DNA of 64,000 nucleotides from the human T2T-CHM13v2.0 reference genome, Homo sapiens: assembly GCF_009914755.1 (NCBI RefSeq), contig NC_060947.1; one strand, given 5' to 3'. A program made the position numbers and the translations under genes. This document shows, one piece after another, positions 51,726 to 64,000 of the stretch. The notes beneath the pieces were generated by a model. The model saw only the letters and a program-made list of their open reading frames with translations. It was not told where the DNA came from and did not search any database. Numbering within the stretch: the first letter of the stretch is position 1; every line of letters begins with the position of its first letter.

Positions 51726-54700
51726 AATCCATCCCTTGTCAACTTGAACCCATACATATCTCCTGACATCATACATAGTCTTCAAATAAAGACAATAATA
51801 AGGTCATAATTATGCCTAACATAATACAACTATCTTTTGTACAAGCGGAAATGCACCAATCCCCAACCCAAATAATATTACACAAAGCTAACGATTCTTA
51901 AATGCTAATGTGAAGTCAATAAATCTTATGTCATATGATAAAGGAGAAAGGAAACAAAATGAAGATTTGTTTTTAGTACAAATGTATACATGCACGAACA
52001 TGTTTTTAACAAAAAAAGAAGGAAATACTCATGACAATTACCATCCTCATTTCTGCAGCTCCTCATGTGGTTGTAGCTAGTATTGATGACTACTTTCTTC
52101 TACTACCCATTCTGTATTCCCTTTGCCTTTGGCAAGCATTTCATCGGGTCCTGTTTTTATTTTTTATTTTTCCTGGTGGAGTGACACAAACCTTTATTCT
52201 TGAAGGGTCTGAGTCATTTGTAGTCCTGCCTGGATTGGGCTGTTGTAATTTCCCACTAACCTTAATCACAGGGCATGGCAATACTAAGAGAAGCCCTAAT
52301 AGACCTTCTGTATTCCATGCATACTCTTCTTTAACTCTGTTACTGTCTTAGTAGTGGACTGATTTCATCTTGTAAGTCCGAGTCAATTATCCCAGCCAAC
52401 ACTGTAACACCCTTCTTAACGGGTTGGCTTAAAGGTAGGAGAAGCCCAAAGTGTCCAGGTGGCAATCTTATCTTAACTTCCAGTTTAATGGAATTGTTTT
52501 GTCTCCTGGTGGCAGCATTCCTCCCTCTGGAACTCAGATCTCTAGGCCAGCAGAACTTAATTTAGTGGAAACAAGAAGCAAAAATTTTACTAGTGGATCA
52601 CTAGGGGAGATGGTGAGTGGTGCCATTTCCACTTCCACCCCTTGATTCCTGGAACCATAACTCCTGGCTATGGGAAAAATGGTACCATATATTGGATGCT
52701 AATTCAGAGCATACATGGCCTTCTAGAGAACATTGCCCCAGACTTGCAAAGAATTGTCACCTTGTTGGCATTGTAATTGTGACTTCAAAAAGCCATTCCA
52801 CCATTGTCTCAATCCAGCCGCTTAAGGATGATGGGGAACATTGGAAGACCAGTGAATTCCATGAGCATGAGCCCACTGGTGAACTTCTTTAGCTGTAAAC
52901 TAAGTGCCTTGGTCAGAGGCAATTCTGTGTGGAATACTATGATGGTAGATAAGGCATTCTGTGAGTCCATGGATGGCAGTCTTGACAGAAGCATTGCATG
53001 CAGGATAGGCAAACTTATATCTGGAGTAAGTGTCTATTCCAGTCAGGATAAACCTCTGCCCTTTCCATGATGGAAGAAGTCCAATATAATCAACCCGCCA
53101 CCAGGTAGCCGGCTGATCACCCTGAGGAATCATGCCATATCAAGGGCTCAGTGTTGGTCTCTGCTGCTGTCAAATCGGGCACTCAGTGATGGCCGTAGCC
53201 AGGTCAGCCTTGGTAAGTGGAAGTCCATGTTGCTGAGCCCATACATAACCTGCATCCTTGCCACCATGGTCGCTTTGTTCATGGGCTCATTGGGTGATGA
53301 CAGTGGTGGCTGGAAAAATAGGCTGAGTGGTATCCACAGAATGGGTAATCCTATCCAATTGACTATTAAAATCCTCTTCTCTGCTGATGTCATTTTTTGG
53401 TGGGTACTCACATGAACTACAACTATCTTTGCTGTTTTTGACCAGAGATGTCCAGCCACATACCTCTTCCTTAAAATTTTTGTCACCAATTTTCCAATCA
53501 TGCTTCTTCCAAGGCCCTGACCATCCAGCCAAACCATTGGTTATAGGCAATGAATCAGTATATAATTGCACATCTGGTCATTTCTCCTTCCATGCAAACT
53601 GCAAACCAGGTGCGCTGTTTGAAATTCTGCCCACTGGGAAGACTTCCCTTCACTGCTGTCCTTCAGGGATGTCCTAGAAAGAGGCTGTAATGCTGCAGCT
53701 TTCCACTTTCGGGTGATGCCAGCGAATCATGCAGAACCATCTGTGAATCAGGCTCTCTTCCTCTTTCAATTGATCGTAGGGAACTCCTCATGAGGGCATT
53801 GCTGCAGGCTGGCAGAGAGAAGGCAGGGTGGCAGGAGTGGAGACCATGGGCATTTGATCCACTTCCTCATGTAACTTACTTGTGCCTTCATACCTGCTCG
53901 AGCACAGTCACGTGTATACCACTTCCATTTGACGATGGAAAGCTGCTGTGCACGACCCACTTTATAGCTAGATGGGTCAGAAAGCAACTAGTTCATGATA
54001 GGCAGTTCAGGTCACGTGGTGACTTGATGACTCATACTCAAATGTTCAGTTTCCACCAAAGCCCAGTAACAGGCCAAGAGCTGTTTCTCAAAAGGAGATT
54101 AGGTATCTGAAGAAGATAGCAGGGCCTTGCTCCAAAATCCTTGAGGCCTCCGCTGTGATTCACCTATTGGGGCCTGACAAGGGCTCCAAACAACATCCCT
54201 ATCTGCCACTGAAACCTTAAGCACCATTGAATCTGCTTGGTCACATTGCCCAAGTGCCCGAGCAGCTTGCATGGCAGCCTGGACTTGCTGCACAACCTTC
54301 TCCTGTTCTGGACCCCACTCAAAACTGGCAGCCTTCAGGTCACTCAATAAATGGGCCAGAGAAACACACTCAATTAAAGAATGTGTTGCCTCCACAATCC
54401 AAATAGGCCCACTAGGTGTTGTACTTGTTTCTTGGTTGTAGGAGGGGCCACATGCAGCAACTTATTGTTCACATTAGAAGGTATATCTTGACAGGCCCCA
54501 CACCACTGAACCCCTAGAAATCTTACTGAGGTAGATGGTCCCCGAATTTTCGTTGAATTTATGTTTGATTATCTTGCATGCAAATGCCTACCAATAAGTC
54601 CAGTTTGTTTGCTACGTCTTGCTCACTGGAACCAATCAGCATAATTTCATCAATGTAATGGACAAGTGTCATATCTTGCAGAAGCAAGCGGCGATCAAGG

Positions 54701-55742
54701 TCTCTCCAAATAAGATTATGACACAAAGCCGGAGAGCTGATATACCCCTGAAGTAGGATAGTAAAGGTATATTGCTGGCCTGGCCAGCTGAAGGCACATT
54801 GATTCTGGTAGGCCTCATGGACAGGAATAGAGAAAAAGATATTTTCCAAGTCAATAGCTGCATACTAGGTACCAGGAGATGAGTGAATTTGCTCAAGCAC
54901 TTAAACCACATCTGGTAGAGCAGCTGCAATTGGAGTCACCACTTGGTTAAGCTTACAATAATCCACTGTCATTCTCCAAGATTTATCTGTCTTCTGTAAA
55001 GGCCAAATTGAAGAGTTTAACTGGGGTACAATGGAATCACCACCCCCGCATCTCTCAAGGCCTTGATGGTGGCACTAATTTCTGCAATGGCTCCAGGGGT
55101 GCAATATTGTTTTGGTTTACTATTTTTCTAAGGTAGAGGCAGCTCTAATGGCTTCCATTTGGCCTTTCCCACCATAAAAGTCCTCACCTACCAGTCAGGG
55201 AGCCAATGTGGGGGTTCTGCCTGCTCTACGTATGTCTATGCCAATTTTGCATTCTGGCACCGGGGAAATGACCACACAATGAGTCTGGGGACACACTGGA
55301 CCCACTGTATGTCAGACCTGAGCTAAAAATCTATTAATTACCTGGCCTCCATAGGCTCCTATTTTAACTGGAGGCCCACAGTGAGTTTTCTGTCCCCTGG
55401 AATCAATGTCAGCTTAGAGGGGGTGTTCAGTAGTCCCCAAAATGTTTGATCATTTCCCTTTCTCCAATGCACAGTTGCTCTGGTAAAGGGCTGAAAGTCT
55501 CCTTGGAGAAGAATGGGAGAAAGATTCACCGCATAAATTATCGGTAATGTAGTGAGGTCCTTCCTCAGGGCGACCTGGCCTCCCCTTCATTCAAGGGGTT
55601 CTGGGTCTGTAAACTGGCTCAAGTCTGGAAATTGATTGAGGGGCTGTGAGTCTCTGTTTTTATAATTCAAATTAGTGTTTTTTACATCCGACCTAGAAGT
55701 TTTCTGCTTGTATAAATTAAGTAGGAATGCAGTAGGCCTCCT
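51726..55742 (-). pseudogene. pol: HERV-L internal region: gag 3' end, protease, RT, RNase H, integrase and dUTPase relics
   Basis: RT QYTFTILLQGYISSPALCH...LVHYIDEIML; RNase H LYTDSLPITNGL; IN WWRVDYIGLLP...GIDTYS...IASDQGT; dUTPase SAGLEI*VPEGG and AGIIDSD. Confidence 0.92.
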
Positions 55743-55761
55743 ATCTATCTATCTATCTATT

Positions 55762-55807
<46 letters not shown>

Positions 55808-55816
55808 ATCTATCTA
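55741..55816. repeat. (CTAT)n / GATA tetranucleotide repeat
   Basis: Direct read. Confidence 0.95.
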
Positions 55817-56182
55817 CATTTAAGTATTAACTCACATGATCACAAGGTTTCACAATAGGCCATCTGTAGGCTGAGGATTAAGGAGAGGCAGTCCGAGTTC
55901 CAAAACTGAAGAACTTGGAGTTCAATATTCGAGGGCAGGAAACATCCAGCAAGGGAGATAGATGTACCTTGGGGAAGCTAGGCCAGTCTCGCTTTTCACA
56001 TTTTTCTGCCTGCTTATATTCTAGTGGTGCTGGCAGCTGATTAGATTCTGCCCACCCAGATTAAACCCAGCACACTGACTCAAATGTTAATTTCTTTTGG
56101 CGACACCCTCACAGACACACCCATGATCAATACTTTGTTTTCTTCAATACAGTCAAGTTGACACTCGGTATTAACCATCACA
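55743..56182 (-). mobile_element. MLT2A 5' LTR lacking its 3' (U5) end
   Basis: Direct repeat of 51350-51725; the tgtattagtcaggg terminus is absent. Confidence 0.9.
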
Positions 56183-56187
56183 GCACC

Positions 56188-56635
56188 CGATGTTCAGTAA
56201 TGCTGTAGTTTTTATATTTTTGTAGAGGTACCACTTGGTTGAATAAGATTCAGAATTCTCTGGATTACCAGTCAAAGACCCATGTTCTGTTTTCTTACTT
56301 TCTCCCAAGCAAACAACCTCTGTCTCTCTGTTATGAGCCACCTAAACCTGGGGGTGGAGTGCCACAAGCACCGTTGTGGCCGCCACCAGCATAGTTGTGT
56401 TGGGTTAGACCTGAATCCAACACAGCATTGGGTCTCACCCAAGACCTGTTGTAACCACTCCTTGGCTACTGCCTATGTTCACTTAAGTATCTGGGGGTTC
56501 TACAATCAGCCGCTGGCAAAGCCAGCCTGGCCTGTGTCCTTCCCTTCAGGGAAGTAAGGTCTCTCAGGCTCTGGGTCCAGGGTTGTCATCCAGGAGTCTC
56601 AACTTTCACTTGGTGCTGTTTTTCTCCCAGAGTTA
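56188..56635 (-). mobile_element. Continuation (5' region) of the minus-strand L1 split by ERV-L
   Basis: agaggtaccac...gaattctctggattacca...cctgtgtccttcccttcaggg, old L1 5' region on the reverse strand. Confidence 0.7.
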
Positions 56636-56944
56636 TGATTTAAACTTGCATGTAGTGTTTATTGGCTAGGCTTAACCTGTACAGTTATTCAAGGTCATAC
56701 ATTTTACTGAGCCCTGTTGTAGAATGAACATAGTAAGGACACAATAAAACAGCTTTATAGGACCAAGGTCCCTTTCTCTTACCCTAGGAGACAGAGAAGC
56801 CCGAGTGGCAATAGTTCAATGAAGACTCTTGAAAGAGATGAACATCTCTTTGGAATTCTAGGTCAAGTTAGCCCATATTAATGTATCACTCAACAAAAGA
56901 TTAAAAGCTTCTAGATAAATTTCTTCTTTTCTTCATTTGCTAAT

Positions 56945-57525
56945 TCATTTTGCCATGCATTTATTCATGGCAAGTAGTAGGCTACTTGTTATGTACCAAT
57001 TTTTGAACTACATGTTGGAGAGAGTGAGATACATCAAAGAAAAGTATTTCTTGAGTAAACTATCAAATTAGTGGAAGAGAAAAACTTCTTACTTATAAGT
57101 AAATACTTAAAATCAGATGTGAGGAATGCTACTGTAGGGGAATACAGGGTACTGTTAGAGCACATGAAAACAAGGTAACTTAATCTAGACTGGAGAAGTC
57201 ATGGAAGGCTTCCTGGGAAATGTGCCATCTAAGCTGGACCTGGAGGATGAATTGGGAGTTACACAGGCCAGCAAGATAGAAAACCTGGCTCCTGAGGAAA
57301 GAGCAGTGCACAGGCCTGGGGTTAAAAGAGTGCATGGAGCTACTGGGAGACCATGCGCTTGGTCCCTTCCTTCTGACTGAAGCACAGAGAGCAAGCAGAG
57401 AAAGTGTCAGGCTATGAGGTTGGAGAAGTTGGCAGTCTGAGATTATAAAGGACTTTGTACGTGGATAAAGTTCTGAATGCTATCCTGAGAACAAAGGGAA
57501 AATCATTTCAGAATTTTAATCAGGA
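56945..57525 (-). mobile_element. LINE-2 relic
   Basis: agtcatggaaggcttcctgg...tctaagctggacctggaggatgaattgggagtt...tgaggttggagaagttggcag. Confidence 0.7.
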
Positions 57526-57529
57526 CTTG

Positions 57530-57672
57530 AGAACCACAAGGAAATGATAAATGTTTGAAGTGATAGATGCACCAAATATAATGATTTGATCATTACACAA
57601 TGTACACATGTATTGAAATATCACACTGTTCCCAATAAATGTGCATAATTATGTGTCAATTAAAAACAAAAT
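57530..57672 (+). mobile_element. L1MA 3'-terminal fragment
   Basis: ggaaatgataaatgtttgaagtgatagat...gatttgatcattacacaatgta...ataattatgtgtcaattaaaaa. Confidence 0.8.
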
Positions 57673-59318
57673 ATGTTTTATGTTTTTTAAAGAAAATTTT
57701 TAAGCTGGAAGATGATACTATCTGTTTCATTTATTTATTCGTGACTGTCTCATAGAGAAGTGATTCATTGAAAAAAAGGGTGGATCTACACACTGAGCAC
57801 ATGGAAATCAATTAAATGAGATTAATTTACCAACTTCTCAAAAGGTTTAGCTCAGCCTCAAAGTGACTCTGAAGACCATCTGTCATGCCGTATCATATTA
57901 GAATGAGAAGTCAATCAAAATGGTTCTGTGGATGAAAACCTTCAGTTGCCTTCAGAATCTCTTAGAAAAAAAATTTTCCCCAGGATGTATGTTGAGTATG
58001 TTGAGCTGTGCACATCTTTCCTTAAACTGGTAGACCACATACCTGAGACTTTGGTCATGACCTTCTGTCTCTTTGCCTTAACTCATGCCCTTCTAATGTT
58101 GACCTCTAGACACCTCTTGCCTGAAGCAACTCCTGTATTTTCTTAATTTAATGCCCATCTAAGTAAGACACCCTACCATGATGTATTGATAGTCTAATTT
58201 TGACAATACTCTGTGTCACATCCCAAGCTGCCTTAACCAAGACCTGATGTGGTCTATGAAATAAGTTGTAGCTTGAAAAACACATGCTTCATGAATATAA
58301 ATCTTCTGAGTTGGTTCAAGGTACAAAATTGCCAGCTGGGAGAAGAAAAGCAGTGGTTTAAGAGTGTTAACATACCAAAATGCACCTGTTTGGAAGACAG
58401 AGAGAAGGATCTCCTTAAGATTCACTGTTAATTATTCACAATGGAAGACAGGAAGTTGGTGTACCATTTGTCCCACAGCTAAAAGAGAACAGATGGCTTC
58501 CATACAAGGTTTCTAACAAATCAAGCTTGCCATTCTTACCGGTTGAAGAGAAAAATGTTGAAGGAAGGCATTCTGGCTCTCTAAAGAGGCACTTATTTTA
58601 CCATTTACTCAAAAACAATTATTCTAAAAGAGGGAAAATGCAACATAAATGGTTAAAATTACAACAGAAAGGTAAATTTAATTTTTATAACTCGGAAATA
58701 CACATTTTGCTCTTGTTCAGGGTGGCTTTATTGAATGATTAAGGGGATCTGATGGTTAACAAACCACAATACTGTGGGCACTGACTTTACATCTTTCATG
58801 ATTATATTGAAAGATATCTTGCAGGGAATGTTCCTGAATTAAATAGCAAAGTCCAGGTGTGCTCTCCCAGCAAGAGAAAATGCTTCCATTTGTTACTTAT
58901 TCTCTTAATATACCTTTCAAGAGGTGGGAAGAGCCTGTGCCTGCAAAATAGAGTCTGCTATTGAACTGCTTCCTGATTCAATTCCCAAGGACATGGATGA
59001 TGTTGGAAGCTAAAAATGATGCAAATAAACAGCTGTAGTACACCCTGACAAACCCTTTAGATTATTGTCAGGGATTATGATGTTTTCCTCACACTATTGG
59101 CTAAGTACCATAATTTTAGTACTAGCAGCTTTTGTGCAACACACACTGCTTAAATCAACTTCTATACTGTTCTATTATCCATGTGTTTCAAGTATGTGGA
59201 ACAAGCACAGTTCCATTTACAGTACAGAAGAGGGGCATTAGGCTTTTCTCTTCTTTGAACTCCTTACAATTAATGAAATATGTAATATTCATAAAGCATT
59301 TCCAACCAGGCACTCTTA

Positions 59319-61705
59319 TAGGCATAGCTCAGAGATATTACAGGTTCAGTGTCAGACCACCATGATAAAGTGAATATCACAATAAATTTAGTCAGACAAA
59401 TTTTTTGGCTTCCCAGTTAATATAAAAGCTATGTTTATACCATACTCTAGTCAATTAAGTATGTAATAGCATCATGTCTAGAATGCAATGTATATACTTT
59501 AAATAAAAAATACTTCCTTGTTTAAAAATGCTAAAGATCATCTGGGCGTTTTGCAAGTCATAATCATTTTGCTGGTGGAGGGTCTTGCCCTGACGTTGAT
59601 GGCTGCTGACTGATCAGGGTGGTGGTTGATGAAGGTTGGAATGGCTGTAGCAATTATGAAAATTATGATAAAAATAAAGTTTCCCACATTGACTGACGCT
59701 TCTATTTATGAAAGATTTATTCATAGCATGTGGTCTTGTTTGAAGCATTTTACCCACAGTAAAACTTCTTTCAAAATTGGAGTCAATCCTCTCAAACCCT
59801 GCTATTGCTTAATTAACTAAGTTTATATAATATTCTTAATCTTCCATTGTCATTTTAACAATGTTCATAGCATATTCACCAGGAATATATTTTACCTCAA
59901 TTAACTGCTTTCTTTGCTCCTTCACACAAAGCAACTTCTCATCTGTTCAAGTTTTACCATGAGATTAGAGCAATTCAGTCAAATTTTCAGGCTCCACTTC
60001 TAATTCTAGTTCTCTTGCTATTTTCACCACAACTGGCATTACTACTTCTACTATGTCTTTAATTCCTCAGTCATCCATGAGGATTGGAGTCAATTTCTTC
60101 AAAACTCCTGTTAACATTGATATTTTGACCTCCTCTCATGAATCACAATTGCTATTAATGGCATCTAGAATGATGAACTCTTTCCAGAAGATTTTCAATT
60201 TACTTTGACCAGATCCATCATAATAACACTATCTGTGGCAGCTGTAGCCTTATGAAATGTATTTCTTAAGTAATAAGCCTTGAAATTCAGAATTACTCCT
60301 TGATCAGAATGGATGCTGTGTAGCAGACATTAAAACAACTTTAATCTCCTCATACATCTCCATGAGAGGTATTGGGTGACCAGATACATCGTCAATGAGC
60401 AGTGATATTGTGAAAGGATTCTTTTGTTCTGAGCAGTAGGTCTCAACAGTGGGCTTAAAATATCCATAAAACCACACTTTATACAGATGTGCCATGAACA
60501 TTTTTTGTTCCATTTATAGAGCACGGTCAGAGTAGATTTAGCATAATTCTTAATGGCCTAGGATTTTTAGAATGGTAAACAAAAATTGGCTTCAACTTAA
60601 AGTCACCAGCTTCATAAGCCCCTTATAAGAGAGTCACCTTGTCTTTTGAGGCTTTAAAGCCATGCATTGACTTCTCTCTAGCTATGAAAGTCCTAGATGG
60701 CATCTTCCTCTAGCAGAAAGTTGTTTCATCTACATGGAAAATCTTTTGTCTGTTGTAGCAACTGTTGTCAGTGATGTTAGCTAGATCTTCTGGATAACTT
60801 GTTGCAGCTTCCACCTCAGCACTTGTTAGGTCACCTTGCGCTTTAATGTTATGAAGACAGATTCTTTCCTTAAACTTCTGAAAAAAAAAAGCCTGCTGGT
60901 TTCAAAGCTTTCTTTTGCAGCTTCCTCACGTCTCTCAGTTTTCATAGAATTGAAGAGCCTTAGAGCCTTACTGTGAATTGGGCTTTGGCTTATGGGTATG
61001 TTGTGGCTCATTTGAACTTTTATTCAGACCACTCAAACTTTCTCCATATCAGCAATAAGGCTGCTTTGCTTTTTTATCATTTATGTTTGCTGAAGTAGGA
61101 CTTCCAATTTTCTTCAAGAACTTTCCCTTTGCATTCACAACTTGCCTAGCTATTTGGTGCCACAGGCCCAGCTTTGGGCCTATCTTGACTTTCAAGATGC
61201 CTGCTTCTAAGCCTAATAATTTCTCATTTTGTATTTTAAATGAGACATGTTTGACTTTTTCTTTTCACTTGAACACTTAGAGACCATTATAGGGTTATTA
61301 GTTGGCTTAATTTAAATATTGTTGTGTTTCAGAAAACAGGGAGGCCCAAGGAGAGGGAGAGATACGGAGAATGGTCAGCTGAGCAGCCAGAGCACACAAC
61401 ATTTATTAAGTTTGCTGCTTATATGGGCGCAGTTCATGATGCTCCAAAACAACTATAAAAGTAACATTAAAGATCACTGATCACAGGTCACCATAACAGA
61501 TATAATAATAATAAAAATCTTTCAAATATTATGAGAATTACCAAAATGTGACACAGAGACATGAAGTGAGCATATTCTGTTGGGAAAATGGTGCCCATAG
61601 CCTTCCTTGCTCAGGGTAGAATTACTGAAAACATTCAATTTGTAAAAAAAATGTGACATGTGAGAAGCATCATAATGCAAAGCACAATAAAATGAGATAT
61701 GGCTA
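59319..61705 (-). mobile_element. Near full-length Tigger1 (pogo-like DNA transposon) with decayed transposase
   Basis: TIRs taggcatagctc (59319) and gagatatggcta (61705); TA before the left TIR; minus-strand ORF pieces [25 protein letters not shown] and SHNIPISQSPIHSKALRLFNSMK. Confidence 0.92.
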
Positions 61706-61719
61706 CATACATAATTTCA

Positions 61720-61885
61720 GTACATTAATTCAGTACATTAATTCATTTATTCCTCAAAGTGATTGTATTGGAAAGGTACTACTTGTGTTCCCACTTTGCA
61801 GATGAAGAGACTGAAGCATGAAGAGATTAAGCCACTTGTCCAAAGCCTCACTTAGTAAGTAGAAGAGACGAAGTTTAAAATACTA
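61720..61885 (-). mobile_element. MIR SINE
   Basis: cccactttgcagatgaagagactgaagcatgaagagattaagccacttgtccaaag. Confidence 0.75.
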
Positions 61886-63104
61886 CCTATAGTACCCCTT
61901 AACTTGTTACCTTTATTCCTGTCCTTTTTCCCCCACTGAGATGAATGTGCATTATATTTCCTCAACTGTACTCAGATCTCTTTGATGTTTTGAGATTCTT
62001 TTTACTTTTGTACATAGTGCCTAGAAAAGTATTATTGTGACATACATAGTTTGGGGAATAAAGTGATTACTTTTTAATGTCAAATATTTCCTTACTTACA
62101 AAAGAAACCTTGCATCAGTTTGGATGTGAGAAGTGTATATACTCCAAAATAGTGGTGTAAAATATCTATCCATTAGCACACCATTAAACCAGATGCTGAT
62201 CTTGATGGAGAGAAGACACACAATGTTGTGGCTGTAGAGAAAAGCCTGCAGCAATGTGTAGTGATTTCCAGTGCTACAAAGAAAATATTTGAAAAAGCAA
62301 GGCTATTTTTGTAAGTTAAATATTGCCAAAAACTCTGAAAATAAAGGATATATGTTTAAAAATACCTATGCAAAGACTTTGAGTTTTCTCTCTTAAAGGC
62401 ATGATAGGAATAGCAAACCACAGGATATAAGTGCAATACAAGACACTTAAATAAAGATGCAGTCTCTAACAGAAGTCTTTCCACAGCCAACCTAGTTAAA
62501 ATTATTAGCAATCGCTTAATCAGAAGGAGTTGTAGGTGACAAAGAGAACTTGTCTATCTACCAGTTGTTGAGTTTGTGGCATGTAAGTGTATATTTTAAA
62601 CTGAATAGAGTTTTTATTCTACAGTGGCCTTTTTCCTCTTCGTATTATAAGGTTTTTGTTTGTTTGTTTCATTGGTTGGTTGGTTTCTTTTGTTATCTTT
62701 CCAATGACTCAAGTTCAAAAGAGCACTTGAATCATGTCAAGTATAAATTACTGAACTGGAGTGGCGGTGGTGGTCCTGCCTGAGGAATGAAGTCAGATGC
62801 TAGGGACCAGACAGCAAGACCAAGGAAACCATGGCAATTTCAGAATTTGCTTCTTTACCAGAGAATGTAACATGTTATCTTGATAGTCAAGAGTCAATCA
62901 GTGCTTGGTAACTAGACTTGTAGAAACTCTCTAACTGACCCTTACATTATAGCTCATTGTTCTGGTCACTAACATAATATATCGTTTGAAACAACTTGTA
63001 ATGGAAGTTGTGGTTGGAGTTAATGTCTCTTTCTACCGCTTTATTTGACAAAAAAATTTTAAGCAACAAGGAAAAAGCATTGTGTTATTTATTTAAGTAG
63101 ATAA

Positions 63105-63290
63105 TAATAAGAGCTAACATTTTATTTGAAAGTACAGATTTTATGTATCCAATGAATTAATAGCACATTCCCTTAAAATAAATTCTGTGGTTCCAGATAA
63201 TGAATGAGATAGCCAGAAATGGGTTAGTGTCTTGCCCAGGGCCATTCTGTAGTCAGTGACAACCACAGCTTTGACACTTTGCCCTAAGAA
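63105..63290 (-). mobile_element. MIR SINE relic
   Basis: aataataagagctaacatttt...ggttagtgtcttgcccagggcca. Confidence 0.5.
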
Positions 63291-63767
63291 CTGTCTCTAA
63301 ATATGCATTTGTGATCTTTAATAACAGCCAAATTGCTGGAGAAGAAAACCTGTGCCTATTTCAAGATACTGAAAGAATTAAATTTAAAAAACCTGCCAGA
63401 TTCTGACATCTTCATTTAGAACATCCAAATCTATGTTTATACCCAAAATGTATTGTTAACATTTAGTGGCATGACATTCTGTAATCTATAGGAAAATATT
63501 GTGATCATGGTAAGAACATAGAGTAAATTTTCACAGTAATTGCTCAATAAGTGCAGTTAGAATGCTTTCTAGTTTTTAAAAGTCAAGGTAAGACTTTTTG
63601 TTGAACTTTTATTGAACAGTAATATCATCTAAGGCATTTAGCTCAATAGCTCGATTAAGGTGAAAGGGAGACTTATACACTGGATACAGTCCCAAGTTTA
63701 GTTAACTTTAGCATCTACACAAATATCTCACCAAATCACCTGAGGCACTTTTAAGAAAGACATTCTC

Positions 63768-64000
63768 GGCCAGGCGCGGTGGCTCACGCCTGTTAATCCC
63801 AGCACTTTGGGAGGCCGAGGAGGGTGGATCACGAGGTCAGGAGATCGAGACCACGGTGAAACCCTGTCTCTACTTAAAATACAAAAAAAATTAGCCGGAC
63901 GTGGTGGTGGGCGCCTGTAGTCCCAGCTACTCAGGAGGCTGAGGCAGAAGAATGGCGTGAACCCGGGAGGTGGAGCTTGCAGTGAGCCGGGATCGCGCCA
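63768..64000 (+). mobile_element. AluY of the Yd lineage (12-bp left-arm deletion); runs off the window end
   Basis: gagatcgagacca|cggtgaaacc lacks tcctggctaaca. Confidence 0.88.

Noticed and set aside
62821-62840. RFX X-box-like ggaaaccatggcaat
   Set aside because: Only a half-site match; expected by chance

Overview
AT-rich, CpG-depleted human genomic DNA (intergenic or deep intronic). It contains Alu, L1, L2, MIR, CR1, MaLR, ERV and DNA-transposon sequence, and one L1 carries human-specific L1HS diagnostics. No intact host protein-coding gene is supported. Almost all ORFs in the track are repeat-derived or chance ORFs. Main content: (1) an old RRM2 processed pseudogene (11096-14792) with a twin-priming 5' inversion and a recognisable 16-bp TSD, inserted in an L2 and later hit by two Alus and an L1PA2-like element; (2) a 5'-truncated L1HS (Ta-0/pre-Ta-like, ~28951-31847) with an open 847-aa ORF2 remnant and an ~85-bp 3' transduction, splitting a MER53; (3) a gag-only class I ERV (36141-41460) inside a ~420-bp tandem-repeated ancient L1 5' region; (4) an ERV-L/MLT2A provirus (51272-56182) with pol and dUTPase and a microsatellite-junction deletion; (5) a near full-length Tigger1 (59319-61705). 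I found no evidence for a genuinely new biological system. The strongest signals are mechanistic retrotransposition footprints plus a few exon-like units in unique sequence. Family and subfamily calls come from recalled consensus sequences, not a database search, and boundaries of old repeats are approximate.
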